From an uncultured Gammaproteobacteria bacterium (GTDB taxonomy: Bacteria; Patescibacteriota; Microgenomatia; Levybacterales; GWA1-39-11), in NCBI GenBank assembly GCA_964450885.1, contig CAYVFE010000001.1, positions 502,572 through 566,571 on the forward strand: 64,000 bases of DNA. Direction: 5' to 3'. The notes under the pieces are model-generated. The model saw only the letters and a program-made list of their open reading frames with translations. It had not been told where the DNA came from and ran no database searches. Positions 39,390-49,594 of this stretch are shown piece after piece (position 1 is the first letter of the stretch; every line of letters begins with the position of its first letter). The translations under genes and the position numbers were made by a program.

Positions 39390-40326
39390 GTCGGGAAATG
39401 GTATTGAATCTAAAGTACTCTAAGATTCTAAGTCCGAAGTATCTTCCTATAAGGATATTTATAGGAATCAGTAAGAAGATAAGTTCGGGATATAAAAGGA
39501 AAGTGTCTCTGATAGTCTGGGCCGAAAGAACCACAAATCCTACCACTCCCAATGCAAAGGTTACAAGAGTAATTACAAGCATTTCCTGAAAGCTTCTTTC
39601 AAGTTGTACGGAAATTATTTGTTCGCTCAAAAGTATCAAGAGAAGTACGGGAAATATAGATAGCTGTCTTACAACGAGAATTCCCGCCATCGCACTGATG
39701 GTTATGACTGAGAAAATAATGATAGAGACTATAAACATAGATAAAGCCATTTTAGGAAGCTGCATGATCCTGACTTTTCTCAGAATCAATCTAGCGAATG
39801 TCGAACCCAATATGATCGATGCCAAAAGTATAAGTCCCGCAGTAATTCCTGTAGAAAGAAGCGTAATAGACAGCGCTATCGGCACAAGAAGCCCAATACT
39901 GGGGAGACCGACAACATGCCGTATAAATGCAATAATCGTCGCAAGCATAGGAAGCAGGAGTATTAATATTATTGTTCTCGAAGGAACTCCGGCACGAACA
40001 GATTCCTGAACAGAGTATGCGGCAAAATTGAAAGGAGTCAGCGTTTTGGCCGGTCTCTTTTCGAACAGCACAAGAACCTCATCTCTTGAGGCTGGTTCTT
40101 CGGGACGAGTGACGTCTTCTTCGGCGATTTTCTTAAGTGCTTCAACCTCTTCGGCTGATGGAGATGAGCTTGCCGAATCCGTTGCAAGCTCATCTTCGAG
40201 CTCCTCATCAGCGGTGTTTGCAGGAATTAGTCTTATCTGGGCATTAGAATAGTTTGCCAGTGACAAGAATAGGAAAAATGCTGAAAAAAGTATAAGTAAT
40301 TTTGTAGTTAGAGCAAGTTTTAACAT
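39376..40326 (-). CDS. 7-TM membrane protein with signal peptide and acidic Ser/Glu-rich ectodomain; the 7TM module usually found fused to an inactive transglutaminase and associated with ATP-grasp/peptidase pairs.
   Basis: Signal peptide, then EDELATDSASSSPSAEEVEALKKIAEED, then seven hydrophobic helices. I place the start at the ATG (MLKLAL); the track starts 9 nt upstream at TTG. Confidence 0.6.
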   Translation of the reverse strand: MLKLALTTKLLILFSAFFLFLSLANYSNAQIRLIPANTADEELEDELATDSASSSPSAEEVEALKKIAEEDVTRPEEPASRDEVLVLFEKRPAKTLTPFNFAAYSVQESVRAGVPSRTIILILLLPMLATIIAFIRHVVGLPSIGLLVPIALSITLLSTGITAGLILLASIILGSTFARLILRKVRIMQLPKMALSMFIVSIIIFSVITISAMAGILVVRQLSIFPVLLLILLSEQIISVQLERSFQEMLVITLVTFALGVVGFVVLSAQTIRDTFLLYPELIFLLIPINILIGRYFGLRILEYFRFNTISRHAGK

Positions 40327-40355
40327 ATTCAACAATTATAGTATATTATATCATC

Positions 40356-40841
40356 ATGAACATACTTGGAATAGACCCAGGGCTCGGAAGGACAGGGTGG
40401 GCGATAGTAGAGGAGCTCAATGGAAAGTGTATACTTATCGACTACGGTTGCATAGAAACTGAAAAAAATACAAAAGAGGCTGGGAGGATAAAAACGATTT
40501 ATTCCGAGATAAAAAAAATCATAGATAAACATAATCCGGAGATTTTGTCTGTAGAAAAACTTTTCTTTAATAAGAATGTAACAACAGCGCTAAGCGTAGG
40601 CCAGGCTCGTGGTGTTGTGGTTCTGGCAGCAGTGAATAAAGGACTTATAATCGAGGAATATACGCCTTTGCAGGTAAAGATTGCAGTTACCGGGTATGGA
40701 AGGGCAGATAAAAATCAGGTTGGAGAGATGGTAAAGAGCAGTTTTGGACTCAAATCTATCCCCAAGCCGGATGATGCTGCTGATGCAATAGCGATAGCGC
40801 TAACACATGCTGTATCTTACAAAATTAGGAATTTGGCATAA
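40356..40841 (+). CDS. ruvC: Holliday junction resolvase RuvC.
   Basis: ILGIDPGLGRTGWAIVE with conserved catalytic D/E positions. Confidence 0.93.
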   Translation: MNILGIDPGLGRTGWAIVEELNGKCILIDYGCIETEKNTKEAGRIKTIYSEIKKIIDKHNPEILSVEKLFFNKNVTTALSVGQARGVVVLAAVNKGLIIEEYTPLQVKIAVTGYGRADKNQVGEMVKSSFGLKSIPKPDDAADAIAIALTHAVSYKIRNLA

Positions 40842-40863
40842 GTTAGGGTAGTATAATAGGGTT

Positions 40864-41436
40864 ATGATAGGGTATCTTTCTGGTGAGATTTTTGAAATAT
40901 TTGAGAATAGTGTCATACTTCTGGTGAATGGGGTGGGATACAAGGTATTTCCAACGGGTAGATTTCTTGAAAAAACCAAGCAGAAAGAGGCTTCGTCTTT
41001 ATATATAACCAGTGTTATAAAAGAGGATGTTTTTGACCTATATGGATTCGAGACTCTCGAGGAGAAAAATCTATTTGAGCTTATTATAAATATTTCCGGT
41101 ATTGGTCCAAAAACAGCACTGGGAATTCTCTCAAAATCAAAAATTGATGAAATCATGAGTGCTATATCCGCAGGAGATGCGTCATTTTTTACAGGTATTC
41201 CTCGACTAGGAAAGAAAAATGCACAAAAATTGATTATCGAATTGAGAAGCAAAGTAGGTAATGTGACACCTTTGTCTTTTGTGGAGAATCAGGAGAGGAC
41301 AGAGCTTTTGGATGCGCTCAGGAGTTTTGGTTATCAGGAAAAAGAAATTTTACCTATAATGTCCCAGGTAGACAAGAACGGGGGCAGGCTGGAGGAGAAG
41401 ATTGCTTTTGCTCTCAAACATCTTGGAAGAAAATAA
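40864..41436 (+). CDS. ruvA: Holliday junction branch migration protein RuvA.
   Basis: MIGYLSGEI...[10 protein letters not shown]; HhH domain ([13 protein letters not shown]). Confidence 0.9.
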   Translation: MIGYLSGEIFEIFENSVILLVNGVGYKVFPTGRFLEKTKQKEASSLYITSVIKEDVFDLYGFETLEEKNLFELIINISGIGPKTALGILSKSKIDEIMSAISAGDASFFTGIPRLGKKNAQKLIIELRSKVGNVTPLSFVENQERTELLDALRSFGYQEKEILPIMSQVDKNGGRLEEKIAFALKHLGRK

Positions 41437-41437
41437 A

Positions 41438-42445
41438 ATGAAAAATGATATAGACATAAATAATCAGGAAGAAATTGTTATTCAAAGTCTCAGAGCATCT
41501 TCATGGCCGGAATTTATTGGTCAGGAGGTGGTCAAAAAAACGCTTTTCATATCTATGAAGGCCGCAAAAAAACGCGAAGAGAGTTTGGAGCACTTACTCT
41601 TCTATGGACCTCCTGGGCTAGGAAAGACTACAATTTCACATATTATCGCAAAAGAAATGGGAGCGAATATCCGCATAACATCCGGTCCGGCTCTGGAGCG
41701 ATCAGGAGATCTCGCATCGATACTTACTAACCTTTCTGAAGGAGATGTGCTTTTTATCGACGAGATACACAGACTGAATAAGGTTGTAGAAGAAACGCTT
41801 TACCCTGCTATGGAGGATTTTGCTCTCGATATAGTAATAGGGAAAGGGCCTTCTGCAAGGACTCTGCGCATGGATCTTCCGAGATTTACTATAATCGGAG
41901 CCACTACAAAAGCTGGGATGATTTCAGGGCCACTGCGTGACCGTTTTGGGGTAATTAGCCGTCTCACATTTTACAACCATAAAGAGCTTACAGAGATCAT
42001 CAAGAATGCCGCTGCAAAATTAAATGTTGAGGTCGAAGATTCGGCTTGCGAAGAACTTGCCACACGTGGCCGTGGCACGCCTCGTATAGCTTTAAGGCTC
42101 TTGAAAAGAGCAAGAGACTTTGCCGCGATTCATGGCCAGGGTGTTATTACGAAAGATATCGTAAAAAAGACGCTTGATGTGCTTGAGATAGACCATAAGG
42201 GTCTTGATGAATCTGACAAGAGATATCTTATGGCTATACTAGAGAAGTATGATGGTGGACCGGTGGGCTTGGAGACGCTTGCTGCAGCACTTTCTGAGGA
42301 CAGCGCTACGATCGAAGAGGTTATTGAGCCATACCTGATGCAGATAGGCTTTGTTAAAAGAACCAGTAGGGGAAGAATGCTCACGGAGAATGCACTCTAC
42401 CATCTGGGGATTGAAAAGGATCCCAAGCAGAAAAAACTTCTATAA
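41438..42445 (+). CDS. ruvB: Holliday junction ATP-dependent helicase RuvB.
   Basis: FIGQE.VK..L.I...[20 protein letters not shown]; Walker [11 protein letters not shown] start at the Met immediately after the ruvA stop. Confidence 0.95.
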   Translation: MKNDIDINNQEEIVIQSLRASSWPEFIGQEVVKKTLFISMKAAKKREESLEHLLFYGPPGLGKTTISHIIAKEMGANIRITSGPALERSGDLASILTNLSEGDVLFIDEIHRLNKVVEETLYPAMEDFALDIVIGKGPSARTLRMDLPRFTIIGATTKAGMISGPLRDRFGVISRLTFYNHKELTEIIKNAAAKLNVEVEDSACEELATRGRGTPRIALRLLKRARDFAAIHGQGVITKDIVKKTLDVLEIDHKGLDESDKRYLMAILEKYDGGPVGLETLAAALSEDSATIEEVIEPYLMQIGFVKRTSRGRMLTENALYHLGIEKDPKQKKLL

Positions 42446-42448
42446 ATT

Positions 42449-45115
42449 TTACTCAGAAAGCGACCGAATGAACGACTTTGTTTTTTGAAATGGCAGGGAT
42501 TTTATAGAATCCTGAAGGCAAAGCAGTATGATTCCAGCTATAACGGGCAATATCCAAATCTGTAGTCCCAAAGGAGCAGTTGAAAAAACAGTTCTTGCTG
42601 GTGTGTAGAGTATTATCATCATCGCTGTAATCGAAAGGATAGTTGCGACCACAAGGTATTTATTTATGAAGGGTGATCGAGTCAGGACGTTTTTCCTGAA
42701 AGATCTAAATGTGTATGCATTAACTATCTCAAGTAGGATTATCGTTACTAAGGCGGATGTTCTGGCCACGTCAACACTTTCGCCCATCACATTGAATACG
42801 ATGTAATATACGGTTAATGAACTGAATGCCATAAGACCACCAAGTGTGATGATTACCCCTACATGCGTCTTTTCGAGAATTGAGGATTTTCTTCTAGGAG
42901 GGTAGTTCATGATATCTTTTGAGGTTGGATTGAGTCCCAGCGTAATGGCAGGCATGTTGTCTGTAACGAGGTTTATGAAAAGTATTTGTAGCGCGACAAG
43001 TATCGGTGCTTCCCAACCCAGAACAGGAGAGAGTAAGACTCCCATTAGGACAATCGTGAGCTCCGCGACATTAGTCGATAATTGGTAAGTCACAAACTTT
43101 CTGATGTTATTGAATATCGTCCTTCCCTCACGTATTGCGCTTACGATAGTTGCGAAATTATCGTCCTTTAAGGTAAGGTCCGCAACAGAGCGCGATACAT
43201 CAGTGCCATTTTTACCCATAGCAACACCGATATGAGCTTCTTTTAGAGCTGGTGCGTCGTTCACTCCATCACCTGTCATCGTCACAATTTCGCCTTGTTG
43301 TTTGAGAGCTTTTACTATCCGCAGTTTGTGTTCCGGATTCACCCGCGCAAAAATTGTAGTTTCCATTACGGCCAGTTTTAGCTCGTCATCAGACATTTCA
43401 CTGATCTGTTTTCCCAGCAGCAATTTTCCTGTTATATTTACCTGGCGGCCTATGGCTTTTGCCGTCTCACTATTATCTCCTGTAATCATCTTTACTTTTA
43501 TCTGTGCTTTCCGACAAATTTCTATCGCCTCTTTAATTTCTTCACGTGGAGGATCCTCAAGCGCTACAGTACCTAGGAAAGTGAACTTATCCTCGGTGTA
43601 GTTCGTATCGTTGTCACTATTTTTATAAGCAAACGAAAGAGTCCTTAGGGCTCTTGTAGTAAGATGCGTATTTATCTCAAGCAGTTGAGCCTTCTTTTCC
43701 TCTGTTAGCTTACGAGACTTTCCATTTTCAAGGATATGCGTACACTTGTCGATTATTACTTCAAATGCACCTTTGGCATATACATATTCGCCACTTTCTT
43801 CTTTTGAAAGAATAGACATCATTTTTCTTTCTGAGCTAAATGGTGTCTCGTTTACTCTCTCGAATTTATAGTCTTCGGCATATAAATATGATTTTGCTCC
43901 TAGGATAAGTAGCGCTCCTTCCGTTTGGCTACCTACTACGTTAAATAGATGATCTTCCTCGATTCTTTCGAGCAATGAATCGTTGCAGAGAATACCGATC
44001 TTTAGCATCAGCTCCAATGATTCATCTTCTTTGATAACGATACCTCTTTTGTTTTTTTGGATTTCACCTTCTGCTTTGTATCCAGTCCCTGTTACCGAAT
44101 AGACGTCATTTTCAGTGATAATTCCTCTTACCGTCATCTCCCCTACGGTGAGAGTTCCTGTTTTATCAGTACATATGACAGTTGTTTCCCCTAGTGTTTC
44201 GATTATAGACATGCGATTTACTACCGCATTTTTCTTGGCCATCCTCGATGCGCCTACGGCAAGGGTGGTGGTCAATACTACAGGAAATCCCTCTGGGAAA
44301 GCAGATACAGAGATCGCTATTACTAGGATCAATATTTCAGTGATGTATTGGCCTGATAATTCAGGTACCCGCGTCAACATAAGGACCCCAATAAGCGTTG
44401 ATGTTATGAGTGCAATCCCTACCATGATTTTTGATATGTGATTTACTTTGTCTTGGAGAGGAAGTTCTTTCTCTACTGATGATATAAGCCCTGCTATTTC
44501 TCCAAATTTTGTATTCATGCCAGTGTGTATCACCTTTGCGTAACACTTTCCATTAACTAGATATGAGCCCATATACAGAGTATTTTCTTCTGCAAATTTT
44601 TCTTCTGTTGAGACTTGGACTTTCACAACATCACTTGATTCGCCAGTAAGTATGGACTCATTTACTTCTATGTCCTCGCCATCAAGTAAAATACAGTCTG
44701 CTGGTATCCTTTCGCCATTTCGCAAGACGAGGATATCATCGATAACTATTTCTTTTGACGGGATTTCTTTTTCTTTGCCATTTCTTATGACCATGCTAAG
44801 AGGGAGGATCATCTTCTTAAGCGCATTTATGGACTTTTCAGCCCGGTATTCCTGTATAAATCCGGTAATTACCACGAGGACAATAACACCGATTATCGCG
44901 TAACCAGTAACGCCTTTTCCGACCACGAAAGATATTATTGCAGCGGCAAGTAAAAGATAAAATATAAAATTCTTCTTCACTTGGCGTATAAGTATCGTAA
45001 GAGGTGAAGTTTTTCCGATGTCTGTAATTTCGTTCGGCCCGAACTCCTTGAGCTTTTGCAAAGCCTCTTCCTGTGTTAAGCCTTTGATTTTGTTCACTTC
45101 TTCTATGGTACCCAA
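42449..45115 (-). CDS. P-type ATPase, type IIA-like (Ca2+/Mg2+ transporting).
   Basis: DKTGTLT, M4 motif FPEGFP (PEGLP-like), MITGDN, GDGVNDAPAL; 10 TM helices. Confidence 0.9.
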   Translation of the reverse strand: MGTIEEVNKIKGLTQEEALQKLKEFGPNEITDIGKTSPLTILIRQVKKNFIFYLLLAAAIISFVVGKGVTGYAIIGVIVLVVITGFIQEYRAEKSINALKKMILPLSMVIRNGKEKEIPSKEIVIDDILVLRNGERIPADCILLDGEDIEVNESILTGESSDVVKVQVSTEEKFAEENTLYMGSYLVNGKCYAKVIHTGMNTKFGEIAGLISSVEKELPLQDKVNHISKIMVGIALITSTLIGVLMLTRVPELSGQYITEILILVIAISVSAFPEGFPVVLTTTLAVGASRMAKKNAVVNRMSIIETLGETTVICTDKTGTLTVGEMTVRGIITENDVYSVTGTGYKAEGEIQKNKRGIVIKEDESLELMLKIGILCNDSLLERIEEDHLFNVVGSQTEGALLILGAKSYLYAEDYKFERVNETPFSSERKMMSILSKEESGEYVYAKGAFEVIIDKCTHILENGKSRKLTEEKKAQLLEINTHLTTRALRTLSFAYKNSDNDTNYTEDKFTFLGTVALEDPPREEIKEAIEICRKAQIKVKMITGDNSETAKAIGRQVNITGKLLLGKQISEMSDDELKLAVMETTIFARVNPEHKLRIVKALKQQGEIVTMTGDGVNDAPALKEAHIGVAMGKNGTDVSRSVADLTLKDDNFATIVSAIREGRTIFNNIRKFVTYQLSTNVAELTIVLMGVLLSPVLGWEAPILVALQILFINLVTDNMPAITLGLNPTSKDIMNYPPRRKSSILEKTHVGVIITLGGLMAFSSLTVYYIVFNVMGESVDVARTSALVTIILLEIVNAYTFRSFRKNVLTRSPFINKYLVVATILSITAMMIILYTPARTVFSTAPLGLQIWILPVIAGIILLCLQDSIKSLPFQKTKSFIRSLSE

Positions 45116-45148
45116 ATAACACCAGGAGATTCAAGTTATATATGAAAG

Positions 45149-46783
45149 TTGCTTTTATGCTTATATTGTAATTTAATTAACGGAATGAGCCTGACGAAAA
45201 TCCGGAGATTATTACTAAAATATAAGCTCACACTTGCTACTTTAGCGATCCTGCTTCCTATATACATACTTCTATATCAGATATATATACCGCGCATAAA
45301 TGCTTTTGGTTGCTTCGATGATTGTAATAATTTCATGCGTGGATATTTTTTTCTAAACGGAAATCCTTTGTTCTCTGGAGTATTTTCGGGGCATCAGCCA
45401 TTTGGATCTTATTTGAGTGCCATAATTCAAGCAGTAACTGACCCCGCTAGTGTGTATGAGTTGATCCTTCGTCATAGGCAGTTTTTGATAGGATTTAGTT
45501 TTATCGCAAATATTTTGCTGATTCTGCGATTTGGTCCAAAGATGATAATCTTTACAGTCATATTCGAATTCAGCAAGTTCTATATCTTTGGAGACAGGTT
45601 TTTGGGTGAATCCATGATCATCTATCCTGCTGTCTACATGGCTGGACTGGGATTGTACCGGATCTGGGGAAGGAAGATATATAGAATAGAGTATGCAATA
45701 GCTGCTGTTTTTTGTTGGTTTGTTATTTTTCTCAGAGCTACATATGTTCCGATGGCGTTGTTCCTTTTTATATTCATTAATTGGCACTCGCCAATCAGAA
45801 AGATGCCGAAAGGAAAAGTGGCGTCTATAGCTCTGTTTTTTGCGCTAAGTTTGGTGACCATTCTTTTGCATGATATTCCCGAGTACTTTTTCAATGTGGT
45901 GTTCTTTAATTTTCAGGTGAATATACCGGCAGAGACCAGGTTGCCTATGTTCGGCCCTAAGATCCTGCATTGGTTCTTTTATCCTATCTATATTTTCTTT
46001 TATGGAGAGCACAACATATTCAAATCTCTTTTGATAGGTATCAACATCACATTTCTTATCCTCTTTGTGAATCTTCTATATAGAAAAAGATTAATTATGG
46101 CTACATTTTTATTCTTACTTTTAGGAGTGGCAAATATCCGGACAGTCATGCCAGGAAATCTTTTTCTCGAGGCATTCCATATGGTTTCGTGGTATGGTCT
46201 ATTGATTTTCATAACGTTGATGCTCTTATTTGATAGAGTAGAAAATAAGAAGCTTTTTTATCCAGGAGCGCTGATACTTGTCGTGTCTTTCGCGATATTT
46301 CTAGCATCTCCTGATTATTTTGCGAAGGAAAAGGTAGACCCTCATGTAGAGTTTGTAAATAACTATGGTTACATCCTGCAGCAGGGAGAAGCGATCAAAG
46401 CACTGTCTAATCCTGACGACTCGTTATTTCTGGATGGTTCTGATGATCTGATCTATTGGCAGTCAGGGCTTTTTTCATCATACAAATATTCGTGGTACAC
46501 GTCGTCTATGTCGAAATTTGATAAGTTCAATATAGCAAGAATCGAAATGTTCGAAAATGACCCTCCTGATTTTTATAGAGAGTACGGGAGGTGCCCAAAG
46601 GGTGAAGGAGTAGATGCATATTATTTCCTGCCCACGTTCATAAAAGATGACTATGTAAGACTTTATGAGGACGACCATCCATCATGTCTATATATACATA
46701 AGAATAAATTGAGTGAGGTTACAACAGAACAAAAAGAAAAAGCAGCTGAGTGGCTCTATACTATTTCTGATGAGAAAAATTAA
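45149..46783 (+). CDS. Hypothetical polytopic membrane protein (544 aa).
   Basis: About 12 hydrophobic helices and a ~140 aa C-terminal soluble region. No family recognised. Its 3-prime end is overlapped by the greA start. Confidence 0.4.
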   Translation: MLLCLYCNLINGMSLTKIRRLLLKYKLTLATLAILLPIYILLYQIYIPRINAFGCFDDCNNFMRGYFFLNGNPLFSGVFSGHQPFGSYLSAIIQAVTDPASVYELILRHRQFLIGFSFIANILLILRFGPKMIIFTVIFEFSKFYIFGDRFLGESMIIYPAVYMAGLGLYRIWGRKIYRIEYAIAAVFCWFVIFLRATYVPMALFLFIFINWHSPIRKMPKGKVASIALFFALSLVTILLHDIPEYFFNVVFFNFQVNIPAETRLPMFGPKILHWFFYPIYIFFYGEHNIFKSLLIGINITFLILFVNLLYRKRLIMATFLFLLLGVANIRTVMPGNLFLEAFHMVSWYGLLIFITLMLLFDRVENKKLFYPGALILVVSFAIFLASPDYFAKEKVDPHVEFVNNYGYILQQGEAIKALSNPDDSLFLDGSDDLIYWQSGLFSSYKYSWYTSSMSKFDKFNIARIEMFENDPPDFYREYGRCPKGEGVDAYYFLPTFIKDDYVRLYEDDHPSCLYIHKNKLSEVTTEQKEKAAEWLYTISDEKN

Positions 46784-47231
46784 AAGGATCCCGGTAACGC
46801 AGGAGGGCTACGAAAGACTGGTGTCAGATCTTAAAGCGCTCAAAGAGTCACGACCAAAAGCGGTAGAGACGCTCTCCGATGCCAGAAAGATGGGCGATCT
46901 TTCGGAAAATGGGCTTTATACTGCAGCTAAAATGCGTCTTCGCGGAATCGACTCTCAGATATTCAGGTTAAATATCCAGATAAAACTTGCGGATATTATA
47001 AAAGAAAACAAAAATGACGTAGTGGGGCTTGGATCTAGAGTTGAAGTTAGCGATGGCCAGAACATCAGGACATTTTATATAGTAGGAGACTATGAGGCTG
47101 ATCCCAAAAACAACAAGATTTCCAGTAGGTCACCTATTGGCAGGAGTCTGATAGGAAAAAAGATGGGAGATTCTGTGGAGGTAAGTGTTCCTTCTGGGAA
47201 AGTCTTCTATAAAATCACAAAGCTTATCTAG
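46770..47231 (+). CDS. greA: Transcription elongation factor GreA.
   Basis: IPVTQEGYERL...GDLSENGLY..AK......FKBP-like C-terminus (SPIGRSLIGKKMGDSVEV). I use the internal Met as start; the track ORF begins at 46713. Confidence 0.85.
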   Translation: MRKIKRIPVTQEGYERLVSDLKALKESRPKAVETLSDARKMGDLSENGLYTAAKMRLRGIDSQIFRLNIQIKLADIIKENKNDVVGLGSRVEVSDGQNIRTFYIVGDYEADPKNNKISSRSPIGRSLIGKKMGDSVEVSVPSGKVFYKITKLI

Positions 47232-47235
47232 ATTC

Positions 47236-49512
47236 CTATGGTGTAGGCGTAGTGGTAGGAGAAGGTTCTACAAGCGTTATGATCGGCGTTATGAGTATTG
47301 ATGTAGGCGATGGATCGGGAGTGCTTGTTATACCCTGAGTAGGATTAGGTTGTGGAGTGCTCGTCGGTTGATTTTCATCATCATCTTCGTCTTCCTCATT
47401 CTCGTCGTCATTATCATCGTTATCTTCAGGAGTTGGTGTGGGCGTAGGGATTCCGCAAAGTTTTGTCGGTGCGGTCCCCCTGAGGAAAAACTCGGTATAT
47501 GCAGACGATGTTGCGAATTCTACCTTTAGACCATCTTCAAAGCAAACCTCTTCGCGTGCTATACCAGGTGGCTGTCGGAAGTTTTCGATCGGTTTTCCAG
47601 AAAGTCCTGCTTCCATAATCTGTCTCCAGATCGGTGCTGCTCCCAGAGATCCTGCAACGCTAGTCATAGGTGTGTTGTCGTTATTCCCTATCCAGACTCC
47701 TACAGCAAGTTGAGGTGTGTATCCTATCGTGAGTGCATCTCTATAGTCCTCAGTCGTCCCGGTTTTGACTGCAGCAAGCCTAGAGATGTTAAGGGCTGTT
47801 CCGAAAGTCTCTGATCTTATGGAATTGTCTGACAAGATAGAGCTTATGAGAAAGGCGACAGTTTCCGGAAGTGCTCTCTTGCTGTCGTTTTCGCTTTCCA
47901 TAACACTTTTTCCATTCTTATCTAAAATCTCAGTGAATAGAGTATATTTATTCCATTCACCTTCGTTAGCATATGTTGCGTAAGCATTGGTCATCTCGAT
48001 TAGTGGCACTTCGGCCGCACCAAGGACGAGAGGAAGTCCATAGTCGACATCGTCAGAAAGAGTAGTTATTCCAAGATCTCTTGCAGCCTCTATTCCGTCG
48101 TCTACACCAACCATATTCATGACGTGTACCGCAGGAATATTCAAGGAATTTGCGAGTGCAAAACGTACGAGTACATCACCGCGGAAGCTATTATTATAAT
48201 TTCTAGGTCTATAGCTACCAAAGCTTACGGCCTCATCTTTTAGTTGGGTTGACGGAGTAATTAGTCTTTCTTCAAGCGCCTTTGCGTAGATGATCGGTTT
48301 GAATGATGATCCTGGTTGTCGGGGACGTATCGCCATATTTATTCTGCCAGTCTCTTCGTCATCCCAGTCATAACTTCCTACGAGGGCAAGTACTTCTCCA
48401 GTATCAGGGTCAATCGCGACTGCAGCGCCGTTTGAGACATTCGAACCTCTTAGCCTGTTTACCTGATTTTCCACAGCGCTCTGCGCGGCTTCTTGAAGCT
48501 TTAGATCCATCGTTGTTTTGACTGTAAATCCGCTTTGGGCGACATCCTGTTCGCCGAATTCGTCTATCAGAATATCCTGAATCATAAGTGCAAAGTGGAC
48601 TCCCTGCCGATTTATATCCTGCTGCGTCGGGTCAAAAACTATTTCTTCCTCGAGGGCACTTTCCAGCTCCTTTTCATCTATGTATCCCTGATCATGCATC
48701 AGCTCAAGTATGAGATCCTTTCTTTCCAAAGCAGCATCTAGATCTCCTGTAAGCGGAGAATAGTAAGAGGGTGCTCGGATAATGCCGGCAAACAATGCAC
48801 TTTGCGCAAGTGAAAGCTCCGACGCGTCTTTAGAAAAGTACCTCTGGGCTGCGTCTTGGATTCCGAATGCTCCTTCACCATAGTAATTCGTATTTATGTA
48901 TAGTTCCAGGATGTCATCTTTCGAGTAGCGTCTTTCAAGCTCCAGTGCGAGCACTAGCTCCTGATATTTTCTTAGAAGCTTTTTGTCAGGAGACAGGATT
49001 GCATTTTTTATGAGTTGCTGTGAGATAGTAGATCCACCTTGGACAGAGGACTGGGAAAGTAGATTTTCGCGTATGGCGCGTCCTATTCCAGAAATAGAGA
49101 AGCCAGGATGTTCGTAAAAATCCTTGTCTTCGACTGCTACGAATGCGTATTTGGTATATTCAGGGAGATCTCCAAGTGCTACTGGATTTTTTGTCGTTGC
49201 GTCAAAAAGGGTAAAAAATGGTATATCATTTCTATCCAGAAGTACTACCCCATGATTTTTCTTATTTATAATTCGCTCTTTTGATGAAAGGTCGCGTACG
49301 AAGTATACATAAGTAATGATAGGAATGAGCACCATTATCGCTACTGCTCCTATAACCGCATATTTTATGTATTTCCTGTTTTTCTTGACGAATCGTACTA
49401 CGTCTTCTTTTTTGAGGTTTCTTGCCTGATGATACTTTGCCTTGATATAGGGCTTATCGATTTTCTTAACAAATCGGATAAATTCTGATAGGTTGTGTTT
49501 TAATCTTTTCAT
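47236..49512 (-). CDS. Class A penicillin-binding protein (PBP1A-type bifunctional transglycosylase/transpeptidase) with a C-terminal acidic and Pro/Thr-rich tail.
   Basis: TM anchor. GT51 motifs EDKDFYEH, GGSTISQQL. TP motifs SSFKP (SxxK), SRN-like, KTGTT. Tail: EDNDDNDDENEEDEDDDENQPTSTPQPNPT...TPTP. Confidence 0.9.
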   Translation of the reverse strand: MKRLKHNLSEFIRFVKKIDKPYIKAKYHQARNLKKEDVVRFVKKNRKYIKYAVIGAVAIMVLIPIITYVYFVRDLSSKERIINKKNHGVVLLDRNDIPFFTLFDATTKNPVALGDLPEYTKYAFVAVEDKDFYEHPGFSISGIGRAIRENLLSQSSVQGGSTISQQLIKNAILSPDKKLLRKYQELVLALELERRYSKDDILELYINTNYYGEGAFGIQDAAQRYFSKDASELSLAQSALFAGIIRAPSYYSPLTGDLDAALERKDLILELMHDQGYIDEKELESALEEEIVFDPTQQDINRQGVHFALMIQDILIDEFGEQDVAQSGFTVKTTMDLKLQEAAQSAVENQVNRLRGSNVSNGAAVAIDPDTGEVLALVGSYDWDDEETGRINMAIRPRQPGSSFKPIIYAKALEERLITPSTQLKDEAVSFGSYRPRNYNNSFRGDVLVRFALANSLNIPAVHVMNMVGVDDGIEAARDLGITTLSDDVDYGLPLVLGAAEVPLIEMTNAYATYANEGEWNKYTLFTEILDKNGKSVMESENDSKRALPETVAFLISSILSDNSIRSETFGTALNISRLAAVKTGTTEDYRDALTIGYTPQLAVGVWIGNNDNTPMTSVAGSLGAAPIWRQIMEAGLSGKPIENFRQPPGIAREEVCFEDGLKVEFATSSAYTEFFLRGTAPTKLCGIPTPTPTPEDNDDNDDENEEDEDDDENQPTSTPQPNPTQGITSTPDPSPTSILITPIITLVEPSPTTTPTP

Positions 49513-49594
49513 GGGATATATTATACTATTTTGAACCTAAATAAAGTAAATGTCAATGAGAGAGGAGTAAGAAATCGTATGATAGAATAGAGTC

